Counted from the first letter of the stretch, positions 38,341-46,207 are shown. The stretch: DNA of 54,552 bases from an uncultured virus (IMG/VR IMGVR_UViG_3300015610_000939) (IMGVR_UViG_3300015610_000939); one strand, 5' to 3'. Notes: a model not told the origin generated them from the sequence alone. Made by a program: numbers and translations.

Positions 38341-39507
38341 ATGTCGACAAGCACACTCGCCACCTGCATCCAGGTATCCATGAAGACCCTGGAGCAAATG
38401 CTTCGCTCTCTCAGCCCTGAGATTCCTATGTGCATCCGAGGCGCTCACGGTATCGGCAAGAGCACCGTCGTGCACGATGCTGCCAAGGACATGAGGGACG
38501 AGTTCTACCGGGACCCTCAGAATGCAGCAAAGACTTGCTGGTCCTACGATCAAGGACTTCCGGTGATCGAGCGTCGCCTCTCGCAGTTGGTCGAGGGTGA
38601 CTTGACCGGAATGCCTTCTCTCGATCCTTCCCGTCGTTCTACGATGTTCATGCCGTGTGACTGGTTGATCCAGGCTTGCGAGCAACCGGTGGTCCTGTTC
38701 TTGGACGAGCGCAACCGTGCTCTTCCAGCGGTCAAGCAAGCAGTGTTCCAGATCATGGACTCTCGTGCCTTCTACGGGTACAAGCTTCACCCCGGAACCA
38801 AGGTGGTGGTCGCTGAGAACGTCGGAGACCTCTACTCTGTTGAGCAGTACGATCCTGCCGAGGTATCTCGTGCTGCAACAGTGGAGCTTGTTCCGTCTGT
38901 TGACGAGCTCCTGGCCTACATGATCCGCATTGGTTGCGACGAGCGAACCATTGCCTTCCTCTCGGCTCACCGAGAGCACGTCGAGTACAACCCCAATGCG
39001 ATCGAGAAGAACCGTGGGGCCTATGACACCAAGAAGAAGTACCCTGACCGCCGTGCCTGGGTTCGCTTCGACAAGGAAGCTCAGCGCCTCAAGATCCTGG
39101 ACAACCCCAACTCCGAGCTCCTTTACCCCTTCGTGGCCTCCATGGTGGGAATCGAGGCGGCTGCTGCCTACGTCAAGTTCGTCAAGGACTACAAGTTCGA
39201 AGTGAGCGCAGAAGACATCCTCACCAATTGGGAACGTGCCAAGAAGAAGATCGGCGAAACCGCGTCGGCCACAAAGTACCTGGACCTGATCATGACTCTC
39301 AGTGCTTACCTGGAGAAGCACAAGATCACCGCTGAGCAAGCAAGCCAAATCCGGGAGTTCTTCATCGACCTCCCAGCCGAGCACCGCATGAAGTTCTTCG
39401 GGAACCTTCAAAAGAGCAAGAAGAACCTGCTCACGGTGACGAACCGAATCAACGACATCTTGCTCGCCACGACGCAAGGTGTCACGGCGACAAAAAACGA
39501 GAAGTGA
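38341..39507 (+). CDS. MoxR-type AAA+ ATPase
   Basis: Walker A GAHGIGKS, Walker B LFLDERNRA, GDLTGMP; partner of the adjacent VWA protein. Confidence 0.88.
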   Translation: MSTSTLATCIQVSMKTLEQMLRSLSPEIPMCIRGAHGIGKSTVVHDAAKDMRDEFYRDPQNAAKTCWSYDQGLPVIERRLSQLVEGDLTGMPSLDPSRRSTMFMPCDWLIQACEQPVVLFLDERNRALPAVKQAVFQIMDSRAFYGYKLHPGTKVVVAENVGDLYSVEQYDPAEVSRAATVELVPSVDELLAYMIRIGCDERTIAFLSAHREHVEYNPNAIEKNRGAYDTKKKYPDRRAWVRFDKEAQRLKILDNPNSELLYPFVASMVGIEAAAAYVKFVKDYKFEVSAEDILTNWERAKKKIGETASATKYLDLIMTLSAYLEKHKITAEQASQIREFFIDLPAEHRMKFFGNLQKSKKNLLTVTNRINDILLATTQGVTATKNEK

Positions 39508-39518
39508 TCCCCCAGGGG

Positions 39519-39547
39519 TTGACTTCCTCTCCTTGAGATGCTAGATT
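39519..39547 (+). promoter_or_regulatory. sigma70-type promoter
   Basis: TTGACT-N17-TAGATT. Confidence 0.6.
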
Positions 39548-39574
39548 GGTGTCCTCTTCAAAGGAAAACACCAA

Positions 39575-39892
39575 ATGGCATCTCTGGAAACGATTGCAAA
39601 GAAGATCGACACCCTTCAAGGCGACTACACTGACTTCAAGCGTGTCATCTCCAAGGAACTCAACTACCTCACGGATGGCCGTCGAGCTGGTTACAGCTTC
39701 ATGGTCCGTTCGAACATCAGAACCCTGCGTTCTGGTCCCAATCGTGGGAAGCTCCGAGTGGATGGAGCGGTGGTGGTGATGATCGGAAATCGAAATCCCG
39801 CCCTTGTTTCCTCCGCAGTGGTCCGAAAGGGAAAAAATCTCCTCAAGACCCTTGACGCTCTGGCCTCGAAGATCCATCATAAGGACACCTGA
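39575..39892 (+). CDS. hypothetical protein
   Basis: 105 aa, AAAGGA RBS and own promoter. Confidence 0.6.
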   Translation: MASLETIAKKIDTLQGDYTDFKRVISKELNYLTDGRRAGYSFMVRSNIRTLRSGPNRGKLRVDGAVVVMIGNRNPALVSSAVVRKGKNLLKTLDALASKIHHKDT

Positions 39893-39979
39893 CAGACACC
39901 CCAAACGAGAAAATGCTCGTCGTCTGTTGAAAAACTCAAACAAGGGTATACTTAACGTTTACCCTCTAGTAGAGTAGAT

Positions 39980-40054
39980 GCTAACGTAGCAAAATGGTAT
40001 TGCTCGATACTTGTAATATCGAAGGTGCCCGTTCAAGTCGGGTCGTTAGCTCCA
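39980..40054 (+). tRNA. tRNA-Thr(TGT)
   Basis: full cloverleaf, CGATA-CTTGTAA-TATCG, CCA. Confidence 0.92.
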
Positions 40055-40179
40055 AGAAATGTGANNCACTCCTACGTTTAGGAATTTGAACAAAGGGAGT
40101 GGGCGAGCTTACCGCCGAAAAAATAGCTGTACCTGATAGGCAGGGTTGGAAGTTCAAGTCTTCTCTACAGCTCCGACAA

Positions 40180-40208
40180 GGAAGCAAAGCTTCCGAGTTC
40201 TTTGACAA
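40180..40208 (+). promoter_or_regulatory. boxB/boxA-like antitermination site
   Basis: hairpin GGAAGC-AAA-GCTTCC then GTTCTTTGACAA. Confidence 0.5.
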
Positions 40209-40221
40209 TCCAGCTTTTTTC

Positions 40222-40299
40222 GCACACGTAGCCCAACTGGTAGCAGGCAACGGACTAAGAATCCGTACAGTGGAGGTTCGAATCCTCTCGTGTGCACCA
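40222..40299 (+). tRNA. tRNA-Leu(AAG)
   Basis: ACGGA-CTAAGAA-TCCGT anticodon arm, Leu-type D arm, short variable loop, CCA. Confidence 0.88.
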
Positions 40300-40529
40300 C
40301 CCCGAAAGGGGTGATTTCCTGGGTTCTAGGAGGTTGACAATATGTGGCTGATTAAGTCTGACACGGATGAATAAAGCACATGTAGCCAAGCTCTGCATGA
40401 TCCTAATTGCCAGAAATCGTAAGGTAGCGGAAGCGGGTCTCTAGTTCGAATTCCTTGCTGGAGGGGACTTGCCAAGCGTATGCTCCCAAGATACAAACCA
40501 GTGTTGCGGGGCATGGGTGTAAAATCGCC

Positions 40530-40558
40530 TTGACTTGTTGAAGAAGAGTAGCTATCTT
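40530..40558 (+). promoter_or_regulatory. sigma70-type promoter
   Basis: TTGACT-N17-TATCTT. Confidence 0.6.
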
Positions 40559-40713
40559 CTGAGAGTCATGACTGAATAACGAGATTTGGTGGATGGGTGG
40601 AGAGGGTGGTACCTCTCCTGATTGTCGATCTCTTAGAGACCAGGAAGTAAACGTGGTGTGAACGGACGCTTGTCGTCCTAGTAGGACTGCACCGGGTTCT
40701 TTTGAACCCTTTA

Positions 40714-40786
40714 CAGGGATGAAGGCGTGTGCGTAGCCGGTTAGCTTTGGAAGCTAGCAGTGCCAGTTCGACTCTGGCATCCCTGA
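40714..40786 (+). tRNA. tRNA-Pro(TGG), atypical D loop
   Basis: CAGGGAT/ATCCCTG, TTAGC-TTTGGAA-GCTAG. Confidence 0.75.
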
Positions 40787-40915
40787 CCGGAATCAATTCT
40801 GATTCCTTGCTGGAACCCAAACAGAAACAGACGGCATGGGTTCGGTTGTAACGGGTTCGAATCCCGGCCTTGGACTCACTTGGGTTCATGTGCAAGCCTC
40901 GTTCCAGCACATCAT

Positions 40916-40989
40916 GGGGTATTAGTTAAACGGTATAATACTCGGTTGTCATCCGAGCGTCACGGGATCAACACCCGTATACCCCGCCA
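40916..40989 (+). tRNA. tRNA-Asp(GTC)
   Basis: CTCGG-TTGTCAT-CCGAG, CCA. Confidence 0.88.
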
Positions 40990-41027
40990 AGCAGCGACAC
41001 AGGTTCAATTCCTGTCGGTTACCGTAT

Positions 41028-41292
41028 GGGACCGTAGTTCAGTGGTAGAATAACTGCGCGTTTTCTGGAGTAGAACCTCTATTGGGCAAATTGGGAAGGG
41101 TATGCCTACTTCCTTGTGAGAGATCGGGAAACTGGTCTTCTCTACGAGGTTCACGGTGGCCACTGTTCGTGCAATGGTTTCGAAGATCAATGGGGACCTG
41201 AGATCGCATCAAAGGAATACTTGCTCTCCGACCACTGGCGAGAGAGGAACAATCAAGAAATGAAGCAGTTCGTAACAGAGCTGTTCAACTGA
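41028..41292 (+). pseudogene. tRNA 5' half fused to a 5'-truncated ORF remnant
   Basis: GGGACCG-TA-GTTC-AGTGGTA-GAAT, then a startless frame ...WEGYAYFLVRDRETGLLYEVHGGHCSCNGFEDQWGPE...LFN*. Confidence 0.55.
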
Positions 41293-41329
41293 CCTGAAAC
41301 CAGTACGGGCTCTGGCGAAAAGCCCATAT

Positions 41330-41404
41330 GCTTCCGAAGCTTTAGTGGATGAGCAGCAGGCTTTTACCCTGCTGAAGTGGGATCGTTACCCAACGGGAGC
41401 ACCA
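41330..41404 (+). tRNA. tRNA-Lys(TTT)
   Basis: GCAGG-CTTTTAC-CCTGC, CCA. Confidence 0.85.
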
Positions 41405-41476
41405 CCGAGATAGGTTAATGGTAAACCAACGCACCGAAACTGCGGCAATCCTGGTTCGAATCCAGGTCGATCGGCC
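41404..41476 (+). tRNA. tRNA-Phe(GAA)-like, degenerate acceptor
   Basis: good D and T arms, CGCA-CCGAAAC-TGCG, bulged acceptor. Confidence 0.5.
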
Positions 41477-41539
41477 TACTTCCCCTGGACCCGAAAGGGT
41501 TAGCAAGCCAGGAGTTCGAATCTCTCAGGGGATGCCAAT

Positions 41540-41614
41540 GCACACATAGCCCAATCCGGCAGAGGCGGGAGACTTAAAACTTCCAAAGTGCAGGTTCAAG
41601 TCCTGTTGTGTGCA
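41540..41614 (+). tRNA. tRNA-Leu(TAA)
   Basis: GCACACA/TGTGTGC, loop CTTAAAA. Confidence 0.85.
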
Positions 41615-41681
41615 CCCGTAGTGGCGAGATAACGGACGCCCTAGCCTGCCTGTCGGCTACGATCATGGTAGACAGGCAAAC

Positions 41682-41758
41682 GCGCATGTAGCCCAACTGG
41701 CAGAGGCGTCGGCTTCAAATCCCGAAGGTTGTGGGTTCAACTCCCACCGTGCGCACCA
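41682..41758 (+). tRNA. tRNA-Leu(CAA)
   Basis: Leu-type body, TCGGC-TTCAAAT-CCCGA, CCA. Confidence 0.8.
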
Positions 41759-41816
41759 AAAGCCAACCTGAGAGGTTGGCAGAATAGGTTCGACTCCAAA
41801 TGGAGTGCGTTCCAAT

Positions 41817-41891
41817 GCGTCCTTAGCTCAATGGTAGAGTCCCAGTTTTCCACACTGGATGTTACGAGTTCGAGTCTCGTAGGGCGCTCCA
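41817..41891 (+). tRNA. tRNA-Gly(TCC)
   Basis: CCAGT-TTTCCAC-ACTGG, TCCA end. Confidence 0.92.
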
Positions 41892-42036
41892 CTTCCAACT
41901 GAAGCCAGCCCAGGCACCAAACCTGCGGTGTTGGGGACCATAGAGGCCCAAAAGTAATCTCGTGAGTCGCGTCCTGGATAAGGGCGCCTGTTGGGAGTCA
42001 GTTAACATCACTTCCATCCTCTGCTATGCTCCTTGC

Positions 42037-42291
42037 ATGGCAAGGAAGAAGATCGAAAAGAACCAAAAAGACCCGAACGTCTTCTGGATGATCCGGGAGA
42101 AGAGCACCGGTCTGTACTACACTGGGAAATACTGGCGTTCGTTTGCGGTGGCAGGGAAGCTATTCACTAGCCACAACAGACTGCTCGGTGTCATCTCAAG
42201 GAAATTCAAGAAAAACCAAGAGCTCTACGAGGTTGTTGAATTCAAGCGAGTTGAGGTCGCTGTAGCGGAGGTTGCTGGTTATGGAGAGTGA
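42037..42291 (+). CDS. hypothetical protein
   Basis: 84 aa from MARKKIEK. Confidence 0.55.
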   Translation: MARKKIEKNQKDPNVFWMIREKSTGLYYTGKYWRSFAVAGKLFTSHNRLLGVISRKFKKNQELYEVVEFKRVEVAVAEVAGYGE

Positions 42292-42619
42292 GCAAAGATT
42301 TGGAGTTGCCGAGGCTGCTATGGCAGTCGACCTTCTGTCAAAGATGGTCAACCCCCCTCCATCCGACCAGATGATGGACCCTGAGCTTGTCAGGCACATC
42401 AAGGAGTTCGTCTCCAACATTACCCCCGACTCGCCAACGCCTGTGGAAGTGTGGAACTTCTGCAAGGAAATGCTGGACTACACTGTTCGGTATTCCTGGG
42501 GAGCCCCGATTGTGCTTGCTTGCCTCAATCTTGAGGGTAGGTCTCGGGCACCGCTTGGCTCCTTTGCCCAAGAGTTCGGCAACATGAATGACGCTCCGTG
42601 GCGTCAAAATGAGACTTGA
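42281..42619 (+). CDS. hypothetical protein
   Basis: GGAGG RBS, 112 aa. Confidence 0.55.
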   Translation: MESEQRFGVAEAAMAVDLLSKMVNPPPSDQMMDPELVRHIKEFVSNITPDSPTPVEVWNFCKEMLDYTVRYSWGAPIVLACLNLEGRSRAPLGSFAQEFGNMNDAPWRQNET

Positions 42620-42649
42620 CAGAGTGGGATTTGCTCCTAATCTAGGAGC

Positions 42650-42871
42650 ATGAAAACGAGAACAGTCTACGGGATGGCAGCAATCGGTCCGCTCGCCTAT
42701 TTCTCTGGAAAAGGGAGAATTGACAGTAGGCTGCTCTACACTTCACTCGAAGCCTTGGAAAAGGATCGAGAAGCCTTCAAGACCCGTGCCCTCGAAGGTG
42801 GGAACCCACTCACTTCACTTCAGACCGTGACTGATATCCAGGTCATTGAGTACGAACTCGTGGAGGACTGA
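42650..42871 (+). CDS. hypothetical protein
   Basis: 73 aa after a TTGACA/TAATCT promoter. Confidence 0.55.
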   Translation: MKTRTVYGMAAIGPLAYFSGKGRIDSRLLYTSLEALEKDREAFKTRALEGGNPLTSLQTVTDIQVIEYELVED

Positions 42872-42917
42872 AACTATTATCTCTCCGTAGTCTAACAGGA
42901 TAGGGCACCGTCCTTCT

Positions 42918-43412
42918 CTAACTTTTCACTTTCCGTTCTTGGATGTTTTCCAAGGAAAGGATGCCAGAATCAAACTCCCAGTGATGGTTGGGACACAATA
43001 CGAGCACATTTGAGGGATGGTTAACATCTCCAAGTGTGGCGCTGGCACTAAAAGAGGCTATCGCTTTGATATGGGCAAGCTCAACATGCTGGTGATAACC
43101 GCAAACTTGGCACGGAAGCTTTCGAAGTTGACTATTCCAACTTCGATTGAAAGCTCGGATGTGTGAGTTAACCCACGAAGGGTGCTTGCCAACAACCGAA
43201 AGTCTTGACTGGTAATCAGAAATGGTCATGAGTTTTATCTCTTGAGTAGTTGGTATCTTCCGCGCTTTTTTGAGTTTCGGTTTGTTTCTTTGCTTCCCAA
43301 GGTTGTTAATGCTTGCCGCACATGAACTTGAGCAGAAATGTCGTGGATGGCGTTTTACTTGATTGGGCTTTTTCTGAAACTGCTTTCCACATTTGAGACA
43401 CACAACGTTCAT
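42918..43412 (-). CDS. HNH endonuclease with N-terminal zinc-binding motifs
   Basis: CLKCGK..FCSSSCA; CQVCGY..VELAHIK....N..VLCPNHHWEFD; AAGGAG RBS. Confidence 0.9.
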   Translation of the reverse strand: MNVVCLKCGKQFQKKPNQVKRHPRHFCSSSCAASINNLGKQRNKPKLKKARKIPTTQEIKLMTISDYQSRLSVVGKHPSWVNSHIRAFNRSWNSQLRKLPCQVCGYHQHVELAHIKAIASFSASATLGDVNHPSNVLVLCPNHHWEFDSGILSLENIQERKVKS

Positions 43413-43424
43413 GAATTCTCCTTT

Positions 43425-43498
43425 GTCCCGGTATGCCGCCTGACTTCTAATCAGGAGAAAGCTAATGGATCATGCAGGTTCGACCCCTGTCCGGGACG
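43425..43498 (+). tRNA. non-canonical D-armless tRNA-Arg(TCT)
   Basis: GTCCCGG/CCGGGAC, 7-nt linker TATGCCG, CCTGA-CTTCTAA-TCAGG, 18-nt variable region, GCAGG-TTCGACC-CCTGT. Confidence 0.75.
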
Positions 43499-43625
43499 CA
43501 AATGCAATTTACTCTGCAAAACAACTCTTGTTTTGCAAAAACTTGTGGGAGTTCAAATCTCCCCGGAGAGGCCAATACAACGATCCACTTCTTTTCCACC
43601 TTGCACTTCGGAATAGGAACTATCT

Positions 43626-44063
43626 ATGGCGAAGGCAAAGAAAGAAATGGCGGATAAACTTCGTGGAACAACTGATCACGACCTGCGTGAGTTGGTCGGG
43701 AAGAAGATCAAGGAGATCACCCTCTACAAGGTGAACGCTTCGTCTGATGGTTCGGACATTAGGCAGTTCTACCGTATCAAGGTGGCAGGCAGGGGCGAGA
43801 ATGAGTTCATCCTTGCTTGTGACGGCGGGAATAGTCAGCAGTACGCAAGGGTATCCTTGATGTATCCTGACGACTTCGAAGCCTTCCTTTCCGAGCTTGG
43901 TGACGATGCCGAGCCGGATGTTGACGAAGAAGAGGATGTGGACCTCGAACCTGATGGTGATGAGGCGGTTCCTGCCAACCTCTTTGATGAGATCGAATCC
44001 GAGGATGACGAAGACGACGATCCCGACGCAGAGGGCGATGAAGACGAAGACGACGATTACTGA
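43626..44063 (+). CDS. protein with highly acidic C-terminal tail
   Basis: 145 aa; last ~55 aa dominated by D/E. Confidence 0.7.
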   Translation: MAKAKKEMADKLRGTTDHDLRELVGKKIKEITLYKVNASSDGSDIRQFYRIKVAGRGENEFILACDGGNSQQYARVSLMYPDDFEAFLSELGDDAEPDVDEEEDVDLEPDGDEAVPANLFDEIESEDDEDDDPDAEGDEDEDDDY

Positions 44064-44089
44064 TCGTTGTGCCCGAAAGGGCAAAGTTT

Positions 44090-44162
44090 GCAGCTATGGT
44101 CTAAAGGATAATGATGTCGCATTGCCAGTGCGACGGTGCGAGTTCGATTCTCGCTAGCTGCT
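44090..44162 (+). tRNA. tRNA-Gly(GCC)
   Basis: TCGCA-TTGCCAG-TGCGA. Confidence 0.88.
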
Positions 44163-44206
44163 CTATCCAGGTAAACTTCTGATTCCCTTCCTGGTATGTT
44201 CCTGGC

Positions 44207-44587
44207 ATGAGAAAACCAAGAACCAAGGGTGTCCTAACGGACGAGCAAGTGAAAGAGATGCTCAGCCAACTGGAGGCTCACTTTGATGAGCCTGTGCGGC
44301 CTGTCTCGGAATACTGTGAGGCACTGGAGACCTGGAGCCGGGTTGTTTGCAAGAAATACCCTGCGGAAGCCCGTGTACACTCCTCAATTCGTCTTTCCAT
44401 CAAGAAGAGCAACCTCCTTGCGAGGCTGATCTACGGTGGGGAGAAGTTGAGAACAAGGGAGTGTCCCATTCACAAAGGCGAGTGGAACGGCCAAGCGATG
44501 CTCATGGGTTGCGAGCACAAGTGTGATGGAACTGGCTGGCTGAGAGAGCCGGAAGATGAAAACGCACCTGGGGGTGTTGACGGCTGA
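44207..44587 (+). CDS. hypothetical Cys/His-containing protein
   Basis: 126 aa; CPIH...C.H.CDGTGW. Confidence 0.6.
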   Translation: MRKPRTKGVLTDEQVKEMLSQLEAHFDEPVRPVSEYCEALETWSRVVCKKYPAEARVHSSIRLSIKKSNLLARLIYGGEKLRTRECPIHKGEWNGQAMLMGCEHKCDGTGWLREPEDENAPGGVDG

Positions 44588-44614
44588 GTGAGGCTGGTTA
44601 ACATGGGTGGTGTT

Positions 44615-44660
44615 GGAAGGAAAGCTTCCGAAGGAGCAACGCTCCAACGCTCTTTGACAA
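44615..44660 (+). promoter_or_regulatory. boxB/boxA-like antitermination site
   Basis: GGAAG-GAAAG-CTTCC and GGAGC-AAC-GCTCC hairpins then GCTCTTTGACAA. Confidence 0.5.
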
Positions 44661-45285
44661 CTGATTGAGAACAAAGTGTTTCCGGCTTCAGTAAAAAGCC
44701 GGTGTCGCAGCGGACGTACCGCTGCTGGTGGAGGGCCGTAAAAAGCCCCCTGATGCCCTGGGATTGCGAGAGTCACCTAAGCGGTGATAGGCCCAGGGAT
44801 GGAGTTGAGGTGATGCCCGTAGGTAGAATCTGGACGGTAACCAATCCGATAGCCAGGGGACGATGGCTACAACATCTCAGCGAAAGGTCACCGAAAGGTG
44901 CAAGACCCGTACCGTGGATTTGCTGCACGGTTGTTTCTTAAAACCTATCGGGTAGCCAGCTAAACTGGCGAAGAGCCTTTGAAGCGAGATAGGGATGTTG
45001 GATGGCAGAAGGAACACTCCAACAAGTCGCTAATCCGACTCAAAAGAAACTCTAGGGTCTTGGCAAGATTCCTCAGCCAAAGATGTAAGGCAGTAAAGGC
45101 CGAAATCGACCCATGCGTTGAAAAACGAGAGTAAAGGAGACTGGCTACCTAACGGTAGTATCCGCCCAAGGAATCGTGGCGAGCGGAGAACAGGATGACG
45201 AGCAGGGAATATGTAACCCTGTAGGGTGACAACCAGCGAAGTAAGATGCGAGATAAACCCTCGTAGGAGTGCTTCGGAGATAGTC
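44660..45285 (+). ncRNA. large structured ncRNA candidate (GOLLD/ROOL-like size and context)
   Basis: ~625 nt with no credible ORF and more than 12 hairpins, inside the tRNA array after a boxA-like site. Confidence 0.6.
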
Positions 45286-45289
45286 AAAT

Positions 45290-45362
45290 GGACCTTTGGT
45301 GTAGCAGGTGCGCACGCTAGCCTGAAGAACTTGAGGTCGCGGGTCGGTACCGCGAGGGTCCA
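45290..45362 (+). tRNA. tRNA-Phe(GAA), weak anticodon stem
   Basis: GGACCTT/AGGGTCC, loop CTGAAGA. Confidence 0.7.
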
Positions 45363-45452
45363 CTGTTGATCTTCCCCCTTGACGGGGCAGGAAGATGAGT
45401 TAGAGTGAGGGCATCCAAGGAACACTTGGAACCGGTCTCTGACAACAAAATT

Positions 45453-45564
45453 CGTTCAGTAACCCAAATGGTGGGCAGTCCAAAAGACTGTGATGCACCA
45501 CGAGTAGAGGTGCTGCTCCTAGCGGGGGCAGAAGTTCTCGGTGAAAATCCGAGCTGAGCGACCA
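45453..45564 (+). tRNA. tRNA-like RNA with D-loop hairpin insertion, anticodon ambiguous (TAG/AGC)
   Basis: CGTTCAG/CTGAGCG-ACCA, T arm CTCGG-TGAAAAT-CCGAG. Confidence 0.55.
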
Positions 45565-45566
45565 AT

Positions 45567-45641
45567 AGGGTCATAGTGAAATGGCATCATGCTGGATTCC
45601 AAATCCATGCGATGGAAGTTCGAGTCTTCCTGGCCCTGCCA
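45567..45641 (+). tRNA. tRNA-Trp(CCA)
   Basis: TGGA-TTCCAAA-TCCA, GCCA end. Confidence 0.85.
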
Positions 45642-45642
45642 T

Positions 45643-45727
45643 AGGTGAGTCATCTAACGACTAGGATATAGGTTGTCTTCGCAAGAAACAGCTTAGAATA
45701 GAGGTTCAATTCCTTTCTCACCTACCA
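45643..45727 (+). ncRNA. anticodon-less tRNA-like RNA (GCAA-capped arm)
   Basis: AGGTGAG/CTCACCT-ACCA, D and T arms intact, extended arm TAGGTTGT-C-TTC-GCAA-GAA-ACAGCTTA. Confidence 0.65.
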
Positions 45728-45728
45728 A

Positions 45729-45803
45729 GGCCCGCTAGCTCAACGGTTTCAGAGCGGCGATTTGTTAAGTCGATGTGTCCAGGTTCAAATCCTGGGCGGA
45801 CCG
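45729..45803 (+). tRNA. tRNA-Asn(GTT)
   Basis: CGAT-TTGTTAA-GTCG, normal D/T arms. Confidence 0.8.
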
Positions 45804-46026
45804 CTGATCAAGCGTCTAAGTTCTAGGTAAAAGTGGTAAGCGGATTGCAGCGTGACTGCAACGTAGAGAACTAAGCTCCCACTGCATTTAACCAAACGAG
45901 GAAGCAAGGCTTCCGAGGCCCTCAAGAAAGGGAATTAAACGAGATATCTTGCTCTGTCTCGAAGGTAACTTGCGCTAGCCGGATAGCCTCCGGGTGAGAA
46001 ATCACGTAGGTGAGACGCAAGAAAAT

Positions 46027-46117
46027 GCAATCGTGGTGACTATTGGTACGTGTCACACTGGTCTGTAAAACCAGTCCCCCTGGGTAAACATTGAAGGTTC
46101 AATTCCTTTCGATTGCA
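46027..46117 (+). tRNA. tRNA-Tyr(GTA)
   Basis: CTGGT-CTGTAAA-ACCAG, long variable arm. Confidence 0.85.
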
Positions 46118-46122
46118 CTAAC

Positions 46123-46194
46123 AGGCGTGTAGCTTAATGGAGAAGCACCTCGCTGATAACGGGGAGAGCGATGGTTCGATTCCATCTACGCCTA
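46123..46194 (+). tRNA. tRNA-Ile(GAT)
   Basis: CCTCG-CTGATAA-CGGGG. Confidence 0.9.
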
Positions 46195-46207
46195 CTAAAT
46201 GATTCAT

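Larger units (their letters stand above)
42918..43546. mobile_element. HNH endonuclease + non-canonical tRNA-Arg cassette inserted at the tRNA anticodon
   Basis: bounded by the two tRNA halves; the HNH stop codon abuts the anticodon. Confidence 0.7.
42881..43574 (+). pseudogene. tRNA-Arg(TCT) split by an inserted cassette
   Basis: 5' half CTCTCCG...CCGTC-CT-TCT (42881-42917); 3' half GGGAG-TTCAAAT-CTCCC-CGGAGAG-GCCA (43547-43574) with a perfectly complementary acceptor strand. Confidence 0.85.

Noticed and set aside
18362..39477. Long antisense ORFs (18362..19390, 34349..35434, 36406..37611, 38296..39477; also 8713..9723)
   Set aside because: They are shadows of well-supported genes on the opposite strand, with no motifs or RBS.
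41682..41758. Possible opal (UCA) suppressor or tRNA-Sec from CTTCAAA
   Set aside because: The stem register places CAA at 34-36, the body is Leu-type, and there is no long Sec variable arm.
42918..43546. Group I intron or spliced tRNA intron
   Set aside because: The insert is almost fully occupied by an antisense ORF and a tRNA-like gene, no group I core was seen, and the 3' anticodon-stem strand is missing, so splicing would not restore the tRNA.
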